Source of the DNA: Tubulanus polymorphus
Taxonomy: Eukaryota > Animalia > Nemertea
Assembly: GCF_964204645.1 (NCBI RefSeq)
Contig: NC_134029.1
Coordinates: 5,332,001-5,396,000 of the forward strand
Reading direction: 5' to 3'
Length of the DNA: 64,000 nucleotides
Below, piece by piece: positions 1 to 34,801 of the stretch. Numbering within the stretch: position 1 is the stretch's first letter; each line of letters starts with the position of its first letter. The notes under the pieces were generated by a model. It was not told where the DNA came from. It worked only from the letters and a program-made list of their open reading frames with translations, and ran no database searches. A program made the translations under genes and the position numbers.

Positions 1-194
1 AAATTGAAAATATTCATTCGGCGATAAGTACAAGACTGAATTAAAACATGCGGTTCTAATATAAGAACGAACAAAAAGAAAACACAACACTTCAAATCAA
101 TCTAATAACATTTACATTCGAAACATAAAATATCTTGCTAATAAGATGGTACTTGAAGGAGTTAGCGGAAACTAATTCCTCCAAGGTGATATAA

Positions 195-198
<4 letters not shown>

Positions 199-225
<27 letters not shown>
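199..225. repeat. (TTA)n microsatellite
   Basis: About 9 consecutive tta units. Confidence 0.85.
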
Positions 226-408
226 GTCATTAGTCATTATGTTCAATGAATTAGGTGTAGTATTGCTATAACATACGAAAACATTTTACGTAACAATCTA
301 AGTCAGATCTCAAAACTATAATCTCTAATGGTTAGATAGCAGGACTGTAAATCAAAGTCCGATGAATGCCTAATGTATCGTGAACAGAATTTCCCGTGGC
401 ATTCGTAC

Positions 409-22867
<22,459 letters not shown>

Positions 22868-23224
22868 GCTGCAAATTTAATCATGTTTACTTGTCAGTAG
22901 TTTCAGAGGTCGATAACGTTAATCCTTTTCGTGTCGAGTTGTAAGCAAATAACGCAGTATTTTTCGCTAGAGGATGGCTGTAACCTGCAAATGAATACGC
23001 AGAGGTTATTCTAAGATCGAGACAGTCGGAGTTCGACGGTCACCGGGCCGAGATTAGGCCGTTGAAAATGAGCCGTCATAAAAATGGCAGCGGCAGCCAT
23101 GATAAAATTCCGTCGGAAACGAGCGAAATTTCGGGTAAATCGCCGCTTTTTCAGCTCGATTCGACCGCTATCAGCCGAGTCGCAATTATTCGGTTCGTTC
23201 TGCGTATCGAAATGCGAGGAATAC

Positions 23225-23330
23225 CTGTGTTTTCGATGAGTTCACCGCTCATCGGGCCGCGATTTCTCGTGGAATTTTGCTGGCAGATTTTACGAGAAAC
23301 GGATCGTCAAACATGGCGGCCGTCATCATC
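23225..23330 (-). promoter_or_regulatory. Probable CHD1 promoter / first non-coding exon with YY1-type motif
   Basis: CpG-rich segment. CAAACATGGCGGC at about 23308-23320 fits the YY1 consensus. Donor ACACAG|gtat at 23225 pairs with acceptor ttgcag| at 22984 ahead of the CHD1 ATG exon. Confidence 0.55.
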
Positions 23331-24671
23331 ACGGCAGCGCGCGGTGCATTCTGGTTGAATAATAGGCACTTGTGACCCACATATTTATTAACATTAATGA
23401 GTGGCGTCAAGACTCAGATCATCCGAATTATCGCGTGAATTATTAATTAACTAGCAAAAATACGGATATCAATTCTAAGTGAAATCTATTTTCACATTTC
23501 ATTTGCAAATTATTGCATAAACGATCAGATAAAATGTCTTAAAAAACTTTCGATGAGCGCTCCGTCGACTCCTTCCCGATTTGTGAAATTATTGATTAAT
23601 TAGCAATAGGCCTACAGAATCAAGTCAAATTAATTGTTACATCATTTAATTTGCAAATGAGTTATTTTGGATCATTCAATGATTGATTTGATTCTCTGGA
23701 CTCCCTAAGCTCGGCACACGCCTCGGGATTAAAAAAACGATCAATTAGGCCCGAGCCCGTGACTTTATGTCTTAAATTAAATTGCTGGCGGAGTAGTACT
23801 AGTAGTATGCCAGTCTGACGAAAAAATTAAGAATTGATGAATTCTATAAGATACGCGAGAAAGGTTCATATGTGATCTAATGGAGAGACCGCGGGGCCAT
23901 CCCACTGCGCTTAACAAACACTTTGAGTAATCATTTCAAATGATACTCCAAGCCATCCAGCATACAACACAGTCAAACGTATGAGAGACATTCATATAAT
24001 TTCATAGGTAGCCTACGAGTTTCAGAAAATTGTCCAATAATTTTTGCCTTGTTTTGAGTACACAGAGATGTCACGGACCACATGGGAAAGACTTTTTGAG
24101 TGTAAGAAAATTATAACTTGTATTCTATATAAAAAAAAGATTTATGATTATTTCGGTACGGTTCAAATCCACAGACTCCATGGGGAAAGTGGAAAAAGAA
24201 ATTGTTTTTCATGTCACTACTCTTTAAAATTCGTGCAACTCCACCCCTACATCTCATGCGACCGAGATTCAGACAGGACGCTGCACTGATGGTGCAGCCA
24301 CCCGTGACCGCTGGTTGCCCTACTTCATACACTACCGTATAGTGGCGCCCTCATATGTTAAGATGCTGAACTGCATCACTTTGCGAGTTTAATTATAAGG
24401 CCTTGCCATACAGCAAGGCCAAATTTTACGAAATATGAAGATTGATTTATAAAGATACACCGCTTCTTGCAGCCTTGCCCAGTAGAACGCAACCGAAAGT
24501 GAAACGTGTTCAATAAACTGAATTTTATTGTCTTGGCTCCATTCATTCATTCATGGCGATTCATTGACAAACAAAAACAATCACGTCTTAACAACCGATT
24601 AAGATTCAGATTTTGGGTTCGTTTAAAATCAGATAACCGAACCTTTTTACAGGCGGTCTATATCAAATGAC

Positions 24672-24883
24672 GGTAAAAGTGCAGATCCGCACCTCTCCGT
24701 GTAAACGGTTCATCAATTACATTAAATTTGTTTCTCAGATTCAAAATGTCATCAGCAATTCAGTACATAGCCAATCTTGCCAATTCTGGTTAATTTTAAA
24801 TCTTCACTATAAAGATTTTAGCCTGGATTCTGTCATTCAATAGATTGTGTCAATCACTAGAGGTGCGGATCTGCACTTTTACC
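24672..24883. mobile_element. Merlin-like MITE with perfect 25-bp TIRs and 8-bp TSD
   Basis: TIR ggtaaaagtgcagatccgcacctct (24672-24696) and its reverse complement (24859-24883). TSD caaatgac at 24664-24671 and 24884-24891. The superfamily is inferred from the GGTAA ends plus 8-bp TSD. Confidence 0.85.
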
Positions 24884-25337
24884 CAAATGACTGCAACATC
24901 TAGTTAGTTACCTAATCATTGGTGGCTGAACTGAAAATAATGAAGCATTTTCCAAATTTTTTAGGTTTCAATTGACAATTCATTCATTCACACTCTGCAC
25001 TCAGACGACACGTATGATCGATGTCATACACACACCATTTCTTTAAGGCTTTGCTTCTCAAGTCTCCCAGATGCCTCTCCTTCTACCCTTTCCCCTTCCC
25101 ACAGACAACAACCAGAAAAACAATATCAAATCAAGGCCTTGATAATAATGCATTGCCATGTTTATGGATTAAATTGTCAAAAATATATTATAAAATTGTG
25201 TTAAATCGATTTATATTTTGTAATTGATCAAATTCAGTGTCATTCTTATTTTTTAATAGGTAACTTTTGCCGATGGGAGATATGCTTAAAATTCTGGATG
25301 GATATCTGAAATTTTCTGAGAAAGAATCGTAAAGACG

Positions 25338-28300
25338 ATGAATGAAAACGTAAACGTCATGGATACGGATAAGTCCGGTTTCACGAACGGCAATAACGCT
25401 GAGAAAAGATACATGACGATCGACATCGAAAAATTCACGAAAATCGGAAACAACGAACTGCAGAAAGGCAACGTCGCAAAATCGATAGAAGCGTTCGAAT
25501 TAGCGTTCCGTAGATCAGTGTTGAGCGACGATAGCTTCACGGAACGGGCGTGCGCGTTTAATCTCGGGGCCGTCTACATCGCCGCTAACAAACCGGAAAG
25601 AGGACTTGAATATTTACAAAGAGCCGTTCCGCCTCTGAATGGGCACGATGGAAAATCGAACGGCGATTTATTCTACAATTTCGCTTTGGGTTACGAATTG
25701 TTGAAGAACACGCCGGGAATGGTTCGATATCTCGAATTAGCGTTCGAGCAGTATAAAACCGAGAACGGAAACTACGCGATGGAGAGCACCGTCGCTTCTC
25801 GTCTGGCGCGAGAATACGCGCGCATCGACGACAATCAAAACGCTGCCAAATACTACGGGATATCCGCTGATTTGTACAAAGAGTTGCCGAGCGCAGAAGA
25901 AGACATGGTGAACGCCTTGAACCTACAGACGAAGTTATTAGCAAAAATAGGCGACCTAGAGTCTTGTAGAAGGCAGTTAGATCGGTGCATGGCTAGTGTC
26001 GCTTTGTTGAAGGAACCAGAAAAACAAGGTCAGTAATATCGCTTACATTTTGTTTAATTCGAAAAATCAGTAAAGGTACTGATTTTATAGATGGTAGCCT
26101 CATCAGGTAGGCCTAAATGACTCATTTACTCATGGATGAATTAAAAGCAAAAGCTCATATTTTCAATAAAATCAAGTTAACCTGCTAAGTACCGGTACTA
26201 CCAGTCTTTAAATGTATCGCTATGCTACTAAATTGGCACTTCGGGACCCCTTTTTAAAAATGCGCACTACACTAAACAATTGTTCACCGATCACTGATAT
26301 TTTTCGTAAACTCTGCTGCTCCTGCGATTGTTGCTGGTAGTAGACTCTTAGTAGACTTGTACAACTATTTGGTCAAATTAAAGTCAGTTTTCTAAAAACT
26401 TGTCGTTATTTTCTTTATGCAGGCAAAGTGTACAATGATTTGGGATTGACGTATACGCAGTGCGGGGAATTTGAGAAGGCCTGTCAATCATTTGAACTGG
26501 CTCTGCCCCTCAGCCGAGGCTCAAGCGGGGATAGAAAACGTGAAGCGGTTCTATTACAAAACATCGGTGCAATTTATAATTCATTGGGTGACTATCAGAA
26601 AGCTGTTGAAATGCATGAAAAAGCTATTGAGCTTCATGGTAAGAGCTTCATTTCATTAGTTAGAAAATTTGATGTCTATCCTTAAAAGCTTCAGTAATTT
26701 CTGAAAGTCTGAAAGACTTTTGAAAGTAACGAGAAAAAGGCTGAGAGTTATACGTTAATGTTTCGATTTCAGGTGAACAGCACAGTCGGGCCAGTCAGGG
26801 ACAGTGTTTTATTAATCTTGCGTTCGCATATAGTCAACTCGGTGATGAGGATCAGGCTGGCGAATCTTATTTACACGCTCTTCAAGCTGCTAAAGATAGT
26901 GGTAAGAAAAATCAAATAAGTCAATAAAAAGAAACAAAGATATCAATAAGATTAAAACCCACTACATATAGATTCAATTTCATTTATCAAGAATTAAAAT
27001 TAAAAGACATGATGTTTCGGACCCTCTAAAAATTATCATCAGGTGTCATCTTTAATTTTAGTCCTTGATAAATGAATTTGCTATAGGCCTTCGTGTAGTG
27101 GGTTTAAATCTCATTATCTATTTTCCATGTCAGAGGTAGCTCACCTACCAAAATAGATCAAATCAAGGAATCAATGGTCTATTCAATCAAATTTTGGAAC
27201 ATGATAACAACATGATTATCCATTGCAGGTGATTTTAAAAGTCAGTGGCAGTCTTTAGAGGGACTCGGAGCTGTGGCCTTCAACCGTGGAAATATCGATA
27301 AATCAATCGCGTATTTCAAACAAGCGCTCGGCGTGATGGCTAAAGGGAAACACGACAACATCGCTCAGGATCGGATTGTTACCAAACTGACTGACGCCTT
27401 ACAGCATAAAGTTATGAGAAAAATTCCAGCTAGGAAACAATCGCGAACGGTAAACAAATTCATAGATGATTAATAACAATGATGAAATACATCAAATATC
27501 CAAGTGTTTGTCAATTATAGTTATCGAGAAGGTTCATTCATTTATTGTGTATGCATGAAATTGAATTTAGTGCAGCCCTGAATTCAAATCTGATTCTATT
27601 AGCCTAATTTCTTCATATGATTAAAATCTTAATTCGACTGCTCATTGTTTGTAGATATATTCAGACGGTGACCGACCGAGGAGAAATTCCCGACCTCTAG
27701 CATCCGCAGCGGCAGAGAATGGTAACCAGTCAAATATACCTCTTTATATCAACGATCTAAAGCGATCGATCAGTAAAGAGGTTGAAAATTCAAATTTGAG
27801 AAGGTAAGTACTATAGTCTATTCATCAATTCATGAGACTAATTTTTCTGCAATATTCTGCTTGATTTGGGAATACGTACCTCAGTTAGGTTTTACAGGGT
27901 CCCTACGACTCTATGATACGTTAAAGACTTCTTCTAAACAGAAAATACTTTTAAAAGTTCTGGAAACTCCTTTCATTTGAGCAAAATGCCTGAAACTTCT
28001 TTAAGACAAATTTTTACCCCATTAGGTGGTAAATGCAATTAGAAACCGAGTTTAGTAGTGTAAAGCATAAAAATTTGCTTACAAATCTTCAGAATTAATT
28101 CTTCTGTTATCGGGATATGAAAGTTATGGAGAGTTCCTCAAAATTTTCTCCTTTAAAAGTCCTTATATCCAGGAATGACCAATCTGTAGGGACCCTGTTT
28201 TAAGATGATCCCCTGAATATATCGACAGGGGGCTGAACTTTGATGTAAAAGGAAATGTGAACCAGTCCCTTTCTTTCTGTTTATCAGACGCAGTCGTAGT

Positions 28301-31300
28301 GGAAGCATCGAACATTACTATCTCGGTTTATCGGAATACGATTCTGATACGGACTTGTCGCTGAAAAATCTCGTGAAAAAATCACTACGACGCTCGAAAA
28401 AGGTGGAGCCAATTGATGAGACAGATTTAGCCGTTGACCGGGTCACTCGCATGAAATCAAAACCAAACGGAACTCATGGGCACAGGTAATTCATGTATGC
28501 TAATAAGTAATCCTATTGTTGTACTTTCAAGGTTTCGCTGACAGCAAAAAATTCTCATGATCTTTTAAACAAAACCTGACCCTTTCGATGCGTGTAAGCA
28601 TGCAGGTTATGCATACATAGGTTTAGAAGTCAATCTATGTCATTAATTATTATGTAGTTATTCATAAATGGGACAGTAGAATAGATAATGAATTTCTGAT
28701 TCCATGTGTAAATACCAAAGTTTACAAATCCTCTTTTGAGGTCATAATTGTTCCTAGTTTCAATCCTAACTTCTGATATCACATATGCATGGATGATTTC
28801 ATGATATGTTTTTGATGTTCATCGACATGTGTAGTTAATCTAATCATCTTTAGGTATGGTAAACGGAGGGTATTGGAAGGAGATTCGTTTAGAAAGCGTG
28901 CCGGCGGTCGAAAACAATTGCTGTTAGTCAAAAATCATCCCGAAGCGATGGTGGATTGGAAAATTGAACAGAAAAATCAAGACGGATTAAAACAGAAAGA
29001 AATTGATCGAGCGCTGAGACGACTTGATAACAGCATGACGTCAACAAGTGGTGAAAAGGTTCCAAAGAATGTTGCAGGTCGGTTTAATTCTCTGCAGATG
29101 AATTGATGGCATGGTAGTTAAGATTTGTTTATTCTAATTGCTTTGTATTTTGAATTGTTTTGTAGCTTATGCTGCTTTAATGGAGAGACAAGATTCAGAG
29201 GGTTCGAGCTCAACGAATTCAGAGTCTGTACCATCTACATCACGGGTAAGTTTATGATATAGAACCATACCTGCCCGAGAATAACGGTCTCACTGCTGGA
29301 CATAAAGTCTTTAACTTTGTCCAATCTTCCTGGAATCTTTGATTACCGTAATAAATAATTTAAGATTTGATTATTTCACATTTCCAGGCTTCCAGAGATC
29401 GTGATCCCGAACGAAGATCAGTGGATGATACCGACTCGGAGAGCACCGAAACTAGAACTCCGACGAGTCAGTCTGAATCTGAAATGGATGGTCCTGAAAG
29501 TCCTGTTAGAAAAGTTGAAACCCCCGCAGTTGCGCAACAGCCATCACAACCTGCTTCCAGTCCTACTAGAGAAAGTAAGTTTTAGATCATTTCAAAGTTT
29601 TTCATGATTGCTATGTCATAAATGGGGGTTACATATCAGTTAACATTTTATATTATGATTTTTAGTCGGGATAAAAAATCGCAGGCCACTAACAGCGGTG
29701 AAAAGGCGACCAATCGGAACTTCGGGGTCATCAGTGCCAGATGAAACCACTGAAAAACAGATGAATCAGACCCCTAGAGATGCTGAACCTTATTATGAAC
29801 AAATAAATGATTCATCAGAGCCCGAGGGTGACGCATCGAAACAGCCAAATGATGATGAACCAATTTACGCGACGATTAAATTGACACAAGAAATTAAGAA
29901 TTTTAAGGATGAAGCGAGGAACGGCGAAATGGGGAAGGATTCACGGTCACAAAGTGAAACGGCGACGACTGATTCTGATTCCGACAGTGAGACTGTTACC
30001 GGGTCGTCTTATAGTAGCAGTTCTATAGCTGATAGCGTCGTTAAAAACAGCGATAAAGAACCTCTTGTATCAACGTATGAAAAACCGATAGCGACAACGA
30101 GCAGCGAAAAATCAAACAAATCACCGCACTATTTCCGTACGGATGACAACAAATACGCTAGATTAGACAAACGTGGTAAGGGGCGTCCATAAATCACATA
30201 TGCAAAATATCACCCACTTTTTATGTCGAGATAATTGCTCGTAGTTGATAATAATAATAATTAGTGCTTATATAGCGCCTTTCCAATGAATGCTCAAAGC
30301 GCTGTCACTCAATTATTACCCAGCTTCTGTTACCAATCCAGTACATTCTTACTCTCCCTGGGGAGATGCAACACGGATACGCTGCAGAGCGATCAAGGCG
30401 TCGTAGTTGTAACTAACCAGTTGACCGCACAAAACCATATGTTTTCAGAGATCAAATCTTTACTTTACCTAACAACTAGCTGTTTATCTGATAATTTGTA
30501 ACAAGTAATAGATTACCGCCGCATGGTTCATTTAGTACCTACTCATTTCCGACATGGGTGGATACACATTTCAACATGTGGTCCTAGCTAAGGCTTGAAT
30601 ACATATTTTACGGATTACATTTGTATCAATGTATCAAATGCCGTAGACCTCAGTGTCAGTATTGGCCATCAAGTGCAGACTTAACCAAAATCAAAAGTCT
30701 CTGTTGATGGCCAATATAAGTTGTGTATGCAATATCTAATTCGTATGAGAGTTGGAGATCCTATTGGTTCTTACTGAATTTGGGATATAAAATGATTGAA
30801 ATCCAGCTGAATATACATCTACTAAATCTACATCAAGTATCAAAGGTTCATGTTTGAAACCATTTGTTTCGTCTTACAGGTCGCTCAAAATTAGCCGTTG
30901 ACGATGATGAGGGGATATACGCGAGTATAGATTTCAACAATAAAGCGAGCAGTGGTACAGGTAATAGTGGTCCACCTCGACCCCACGAATCCGACTTGTC
31001 AAACCTTACACGCGCTGAACGGTAAGATACAATACAATATAATTCAAACTAAATGCATATGCTTAATCTAAATCCAAAGCGGAAAATTAGCTTAGCTGAG
31101 TTTTGGATGGGAATTGATGCATTCTAATAAAATTTGTTTATACAGTGCAGCCTCTTTGCTACTGATAAATGAGGTCTGGTTTGAATTTTCTGATTGTCTA
31201 ATCTCCTAATACTTTCATAAGCTTTACAGAATTTTACCAGTTCTTACTTGATCTGAATAAGGTGGATGGAGCCTACTGTAGTTAATGAAGTCTTAAAGAT

Positions 31301-32117
31301 GTATAATTCACATACGTTTATTATAAATGATGAAATTAAATGAGTGAGCTAAATAGTTGTACACATTGCTTCTTGTTATAGACCCAGAACATGCAGGTAT
31401 TTATTTACAAACATGTATACATTTTCTTGACATTTGCTTACGTTATTTCTCAAGTGAAATATCGCATTTTATCACGTTATTTATCGGTACTTCAGTAGTC
31501 GAATTACATGTGATAGTATTTGAAGGCCTTTTAAACTGTACTTGACTGTTAAGCGAGGTATTCATCTGCCCAAAACAAACATTCCTAATTGGACTTATTT
31601 ATTTTAATACACATGTACGTACTATCAAAAGTACATGTAGTTACTTTATCGATTCACTCACTGGAATGTAAAGCCAGCATTGCATGTATTTTATGTAATG
31701 TTTTCACCGGTTAAATTTTATTAATTTTTCACATATGTCTGTTATTTTCTCATATATAGATAAACATTGAATATGTATCTAAGCCTGTGTTCAAAAATTT
31801 TCAATTCGCTTTTTGTCTATTTGCTGTAGCGATGTAGATATACACATTTAAAAACCAAGGTGTATGGTAGCTCTGAGTCTTGTTAAGTCATAAAGCCATG
31901 GTACCGAAGTCTAACCATATTACTCTAGCATAAAACAGCCATGGTTTTACAATTTTATCAATTCATTTATACTGATTCGTATTGTTTGCTGTATTATAGG
32001 GAGAAGGTTTTATTTGAATATCAGAAGATGCGAAATGAAGAAGATGGTGTTGTTGATGACGTTAGGAATAATAGGTCTAGAAGAAAAAATCGCAGTCGCA
32101 TGTGTCTTCTTATGTAA
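25338..32117 (+). CDS. TTC24: TPR-repeat protein, TTC24-like, about 954 aa, with long low-complexity tail and C-terminal CaaX
   Basis: Exons 25338-26028, 26423-26638, 26773-26901, 27229-27449, 27655-27803, 28288-28485, 28854-29077, 29166-29245, 29388-29574, 29666-30175, 30880-31021, [31382-31396], 32000-32117; all phases join. TPR segments [38 protein letters not shown] and [13 protein letters not shown]...FELALPL resemble vertebrate TTC24 as I recall it. Ends [14 protein letters not shown]. An acceptor at 25259 implies an upstream UTR exon; AATAAA at 33138. Confidence 0.82.
26948..27112. repeat. Long imperfect inverted repeat (about 165-bp hairpin) in a TTC24-like intron
   Basis: agattaaaacccactaca pairs with tgtagtgggtttaaatct; catttatcaagaattaaaattaaa pairs with tttaattttagtccttgataaatg. 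Confidence 0.75.
27895..28197. mobile_element. MITE with cagggtccctac TIRs
   Basis: cagggtccctac ... gtagggaccctg, flanked by tttta on both sides. Confidence 0.6.
30248..30600 (-). mobile_element. Degraded SINE with L2/CR1-type 3' tail
   Basis: On the minus strand it ends agcgctttgagcatt...ggcgctatataagcac plus (att)n, a typical L2-derived stem-loop tail. A central tactcattt..tgggtgga..cctagctaagg segment resembles SINE conserved domains. Confidence 0.55.
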
Positions 32118-32337
32118 TATACCATACTGCTGACCTGAAGAAACTAACATAGGATAGCAGAAAATGTTCTAACCATCATTAATCTAGAGCTTTGGTTTCA
32201 CTCCATAGCCAAAGTATTTGAGTAGCTAAAGGAATTTGCCATATCTTTGGCTGACGCTCTTGACAAAGATAAAGTACCTCATGTTTCATTTGTGTGCTTT
32301 TGAAATATATAGGAATGATATATTCTGTGATTTTTAA

Positions 32338-32606
32338 GGCCCAACGCACATGGCAAGGAAAAAACATTTTTCCCTCGTGAAAAACGTTTTCGATGTGTTT
32401 TGTTATGCTGTGTGCATTGAAGTCAGAACAGAAAATGCCGAACAGAAAAACGTTTTTCATGAAACAAGCAAAACGTTTTGTGTCATCTAAGTGTTTCTGT
32501 TATGTCGTTAGCGATGAACATTTTATCGTTTGCGGTCATACTCAAAACATTTTGTGAAAATGTGTTTTTTGTTTTAATGTAACAAACATGCCATGTGCGT
32601 TGGGCT
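32338..32606. mobile_element. PIF/Harbinger-like MITE in the TTC24-like 3' UTR
   Basis: TAA|ggcccaacgcacatggca ... tgccatgtgcgttgggct|TAA. Confidence 0.8.
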
Positions 32607-33354
32607 TAATAGATAGAACTGAAAAAAGAATGAATGAATTGATTGAGTAATGATTGGCATTAGACAAGGGTTGACTTGTGTATTAAGATAGATATACCAG
32701 ATTAACACAAATATGCTCAATTATTTCTTGCCTTCTGTGTCATCAATTTATGCATTAGGTATGTACATTTATTTAGATTTCATACACTACTTAGATACTT
32801 GTATGCAATTTTGTTAAATGATCAAAAAAGTATTTTATATACTTTTAAATCTATAATCGTGTGATAAACAATTCCGTCCTGTCTTCTTTTTGATCACTTA
32901 TATTGTTGAGTATTTATACATACAATGTATATCAAATTATACTATTATGTTTTATTCTTACAACTACTGATTTTACATTAAGCTACTTTGTATTGTTATT
33001 CGTTTTGACGGTTTTTCGTTTTGCGCTGCATCAAACATTCCAAGCATAATTATGTTTCATCATCACATTGGTTTAATTCTTATTTCTGGCTGTTGACTTT
33101 ATTAGGAATCATGTGAATCAAAATTTTTATAAACAATAATAAACTGTTATACAATTTAATTGTCATCTTTCTTTGTATGTGGATCGATATTTTTAATCAT
33201 TTGGCCGTAACTCGAGACTTCAAGATATTCCTGACAGTAGACACGCAAAGTTGCAGTTTTATAGTGGATCGCCAAGGATTCGAGTGGGTACCCTCCCCAA
33301 GGATTCGAACCTTGCTTATGGTTAACCAAGGCATTGCGCAAAGACCCGCGCGCG

Positions 33355-34695
33355 CGGCTCCTACTAAAAGCCGACCAGCGCCGACCAGCGCCGACTAGCG
33401 CCGACCAGCGCCGACCAGCGCCGACCAGCTATCAAAAGCGCCGACCAGATACGCTTACCAAAACGGATAACAAATTCTTAAATTGAAATAATAACTTTTA
33501 TTTTTATCTTTTTACTTTTATCTATTTAACACGATTAACTCGATTGATCGTTTAAACTAGTGTGTCGGCATCAAAAGTCAAAAACAAGATACTTAGAGCT
33601 ACAATAATTTGCAAAGAAATACTTATTTAACTTTTTTCATTGAATTAAATAACAGAAATATACCAATATACAAATTTACATGTTAACAATTTACATTCAG
33701 GCTTATATTCACTATATTTCTCAGTTTATATACAATTTAGGGATGACTAATTAAAAACCAATGTAATTAGTCAATGGAATTGATATATTTATAAGTTTAT
33801 TTTATGTCCATTGATCTTAAAGTCAATTGGTCAACGGGTCATTGTTTTAACAGATCAAAAGAATTACTAAATTGGTTTTTGATGACAAGCCCAGTAAAAT
33901 TCAAACGGTTTAAGTAATTATATCTTAAAGTTGCGTGTGTCGAATGATTGCACACATCTAATTAGTGGATGATCACAGTTATTTTATTCCTTTCATCAGT
34001 AATTCCTTTCTTTTATTTAATTGAGAAGTGCGTTCTTGACTTCAGTTCACATGCTACTTCCCCTGGACCAATGATCAAAGCTGTTATGAACGTCCTTATT
34101 AATTTTAGCGCGTGTACGTGACGAGAGTAGTCTTGCGTAAAAATCTATTAGGCAAATATCATACGAGATGTATGATATACACATAAACATACATGAAAAA
34201 GAAAGAAAGATTTTAAGTTGTTTGCATTTTCTTTTATTTCAAATAACGATAGTATATGAAATCCCAGTCATATTTAATGCAAGCTTAACATGAAAAAATA
34301 AACCTGATCAATATACCAATTTCAATTTAATTTTGCCATATGAAATTATAAATCTAAAAGTACATCAGACAGCAGAATACATTTTAACGAATATTGTCTT
34401 GGACATGAAAACTCAGTAAAAAATTAACACGAACACAATGCAATCCAAGTAAATATAACCATTTGAATCTAATTTTGCATGTAGTCATAGGTAAGACAGC
34501 AGCATACATTTTTAACGAATTGTCTAGGAAATCGGGGCTTGGACGGCGCTTGGACGGCGCTTGGACGGCGCTGGTCGGCGCTTGGACGGCGCTGGTCGGC
34601 GCTAGTGGGCGCTGGTCGGCGCTGGTCGGCGCTAGTGGGCGCTGGTCGGCGCTGGTCGGCGTTAGTCGGCGCTGGTCGGCTTTTAGTAGGAGCGG
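33355..34695. mobile_element. Non-autonomous foldback-type DNA transposon (long TIRs built of 10-bp GCCGACCAGC repeats; MULE/FB-NOF-like)
   Basis: The left end c[g]gctcctactaaaagccgaccagcgccgac is the reverse complement of the right end gtcggcgctggtcggcttttagtaggagc[g]g. Subterminal 10/11-bp tandem arrays at about 33370-33448 and 34539-34680. AT-rich interior with no ORF. Flanked on both sides by cgcgcg. Confidence 0.85.
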
Positions 34696-34801
34696 CGCGC
34701 GCCGCTCAGCTGGTTTTGCGGTATCCGAACAATCGTTAAGCTATTGGAGCGGCGGCTACTGAAATTTGTCGAGAAATAAATACCAGAATCTGACAGAAAC
34801 C

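Noticed and set aside
33291-33315. tRNA-like T-arm on the minus strand (caagg-ttcgaat-ccttg) and a similar gggttcgaatccc at about 34956
   Set aside because: No matching acceptor 5' strand, D-arm or anticodon arm could be folded. At most these are isolated B-box-like hairpins or SINE debris.
34463-34762. ORFs with WSALVGA repeats, and a superficially CRISPR-like array
   Set aside because: These are the 10/11-bp subterminal repeats of the foldback element. There are no unique spacers or cas genes, and the context is eukaryotic.
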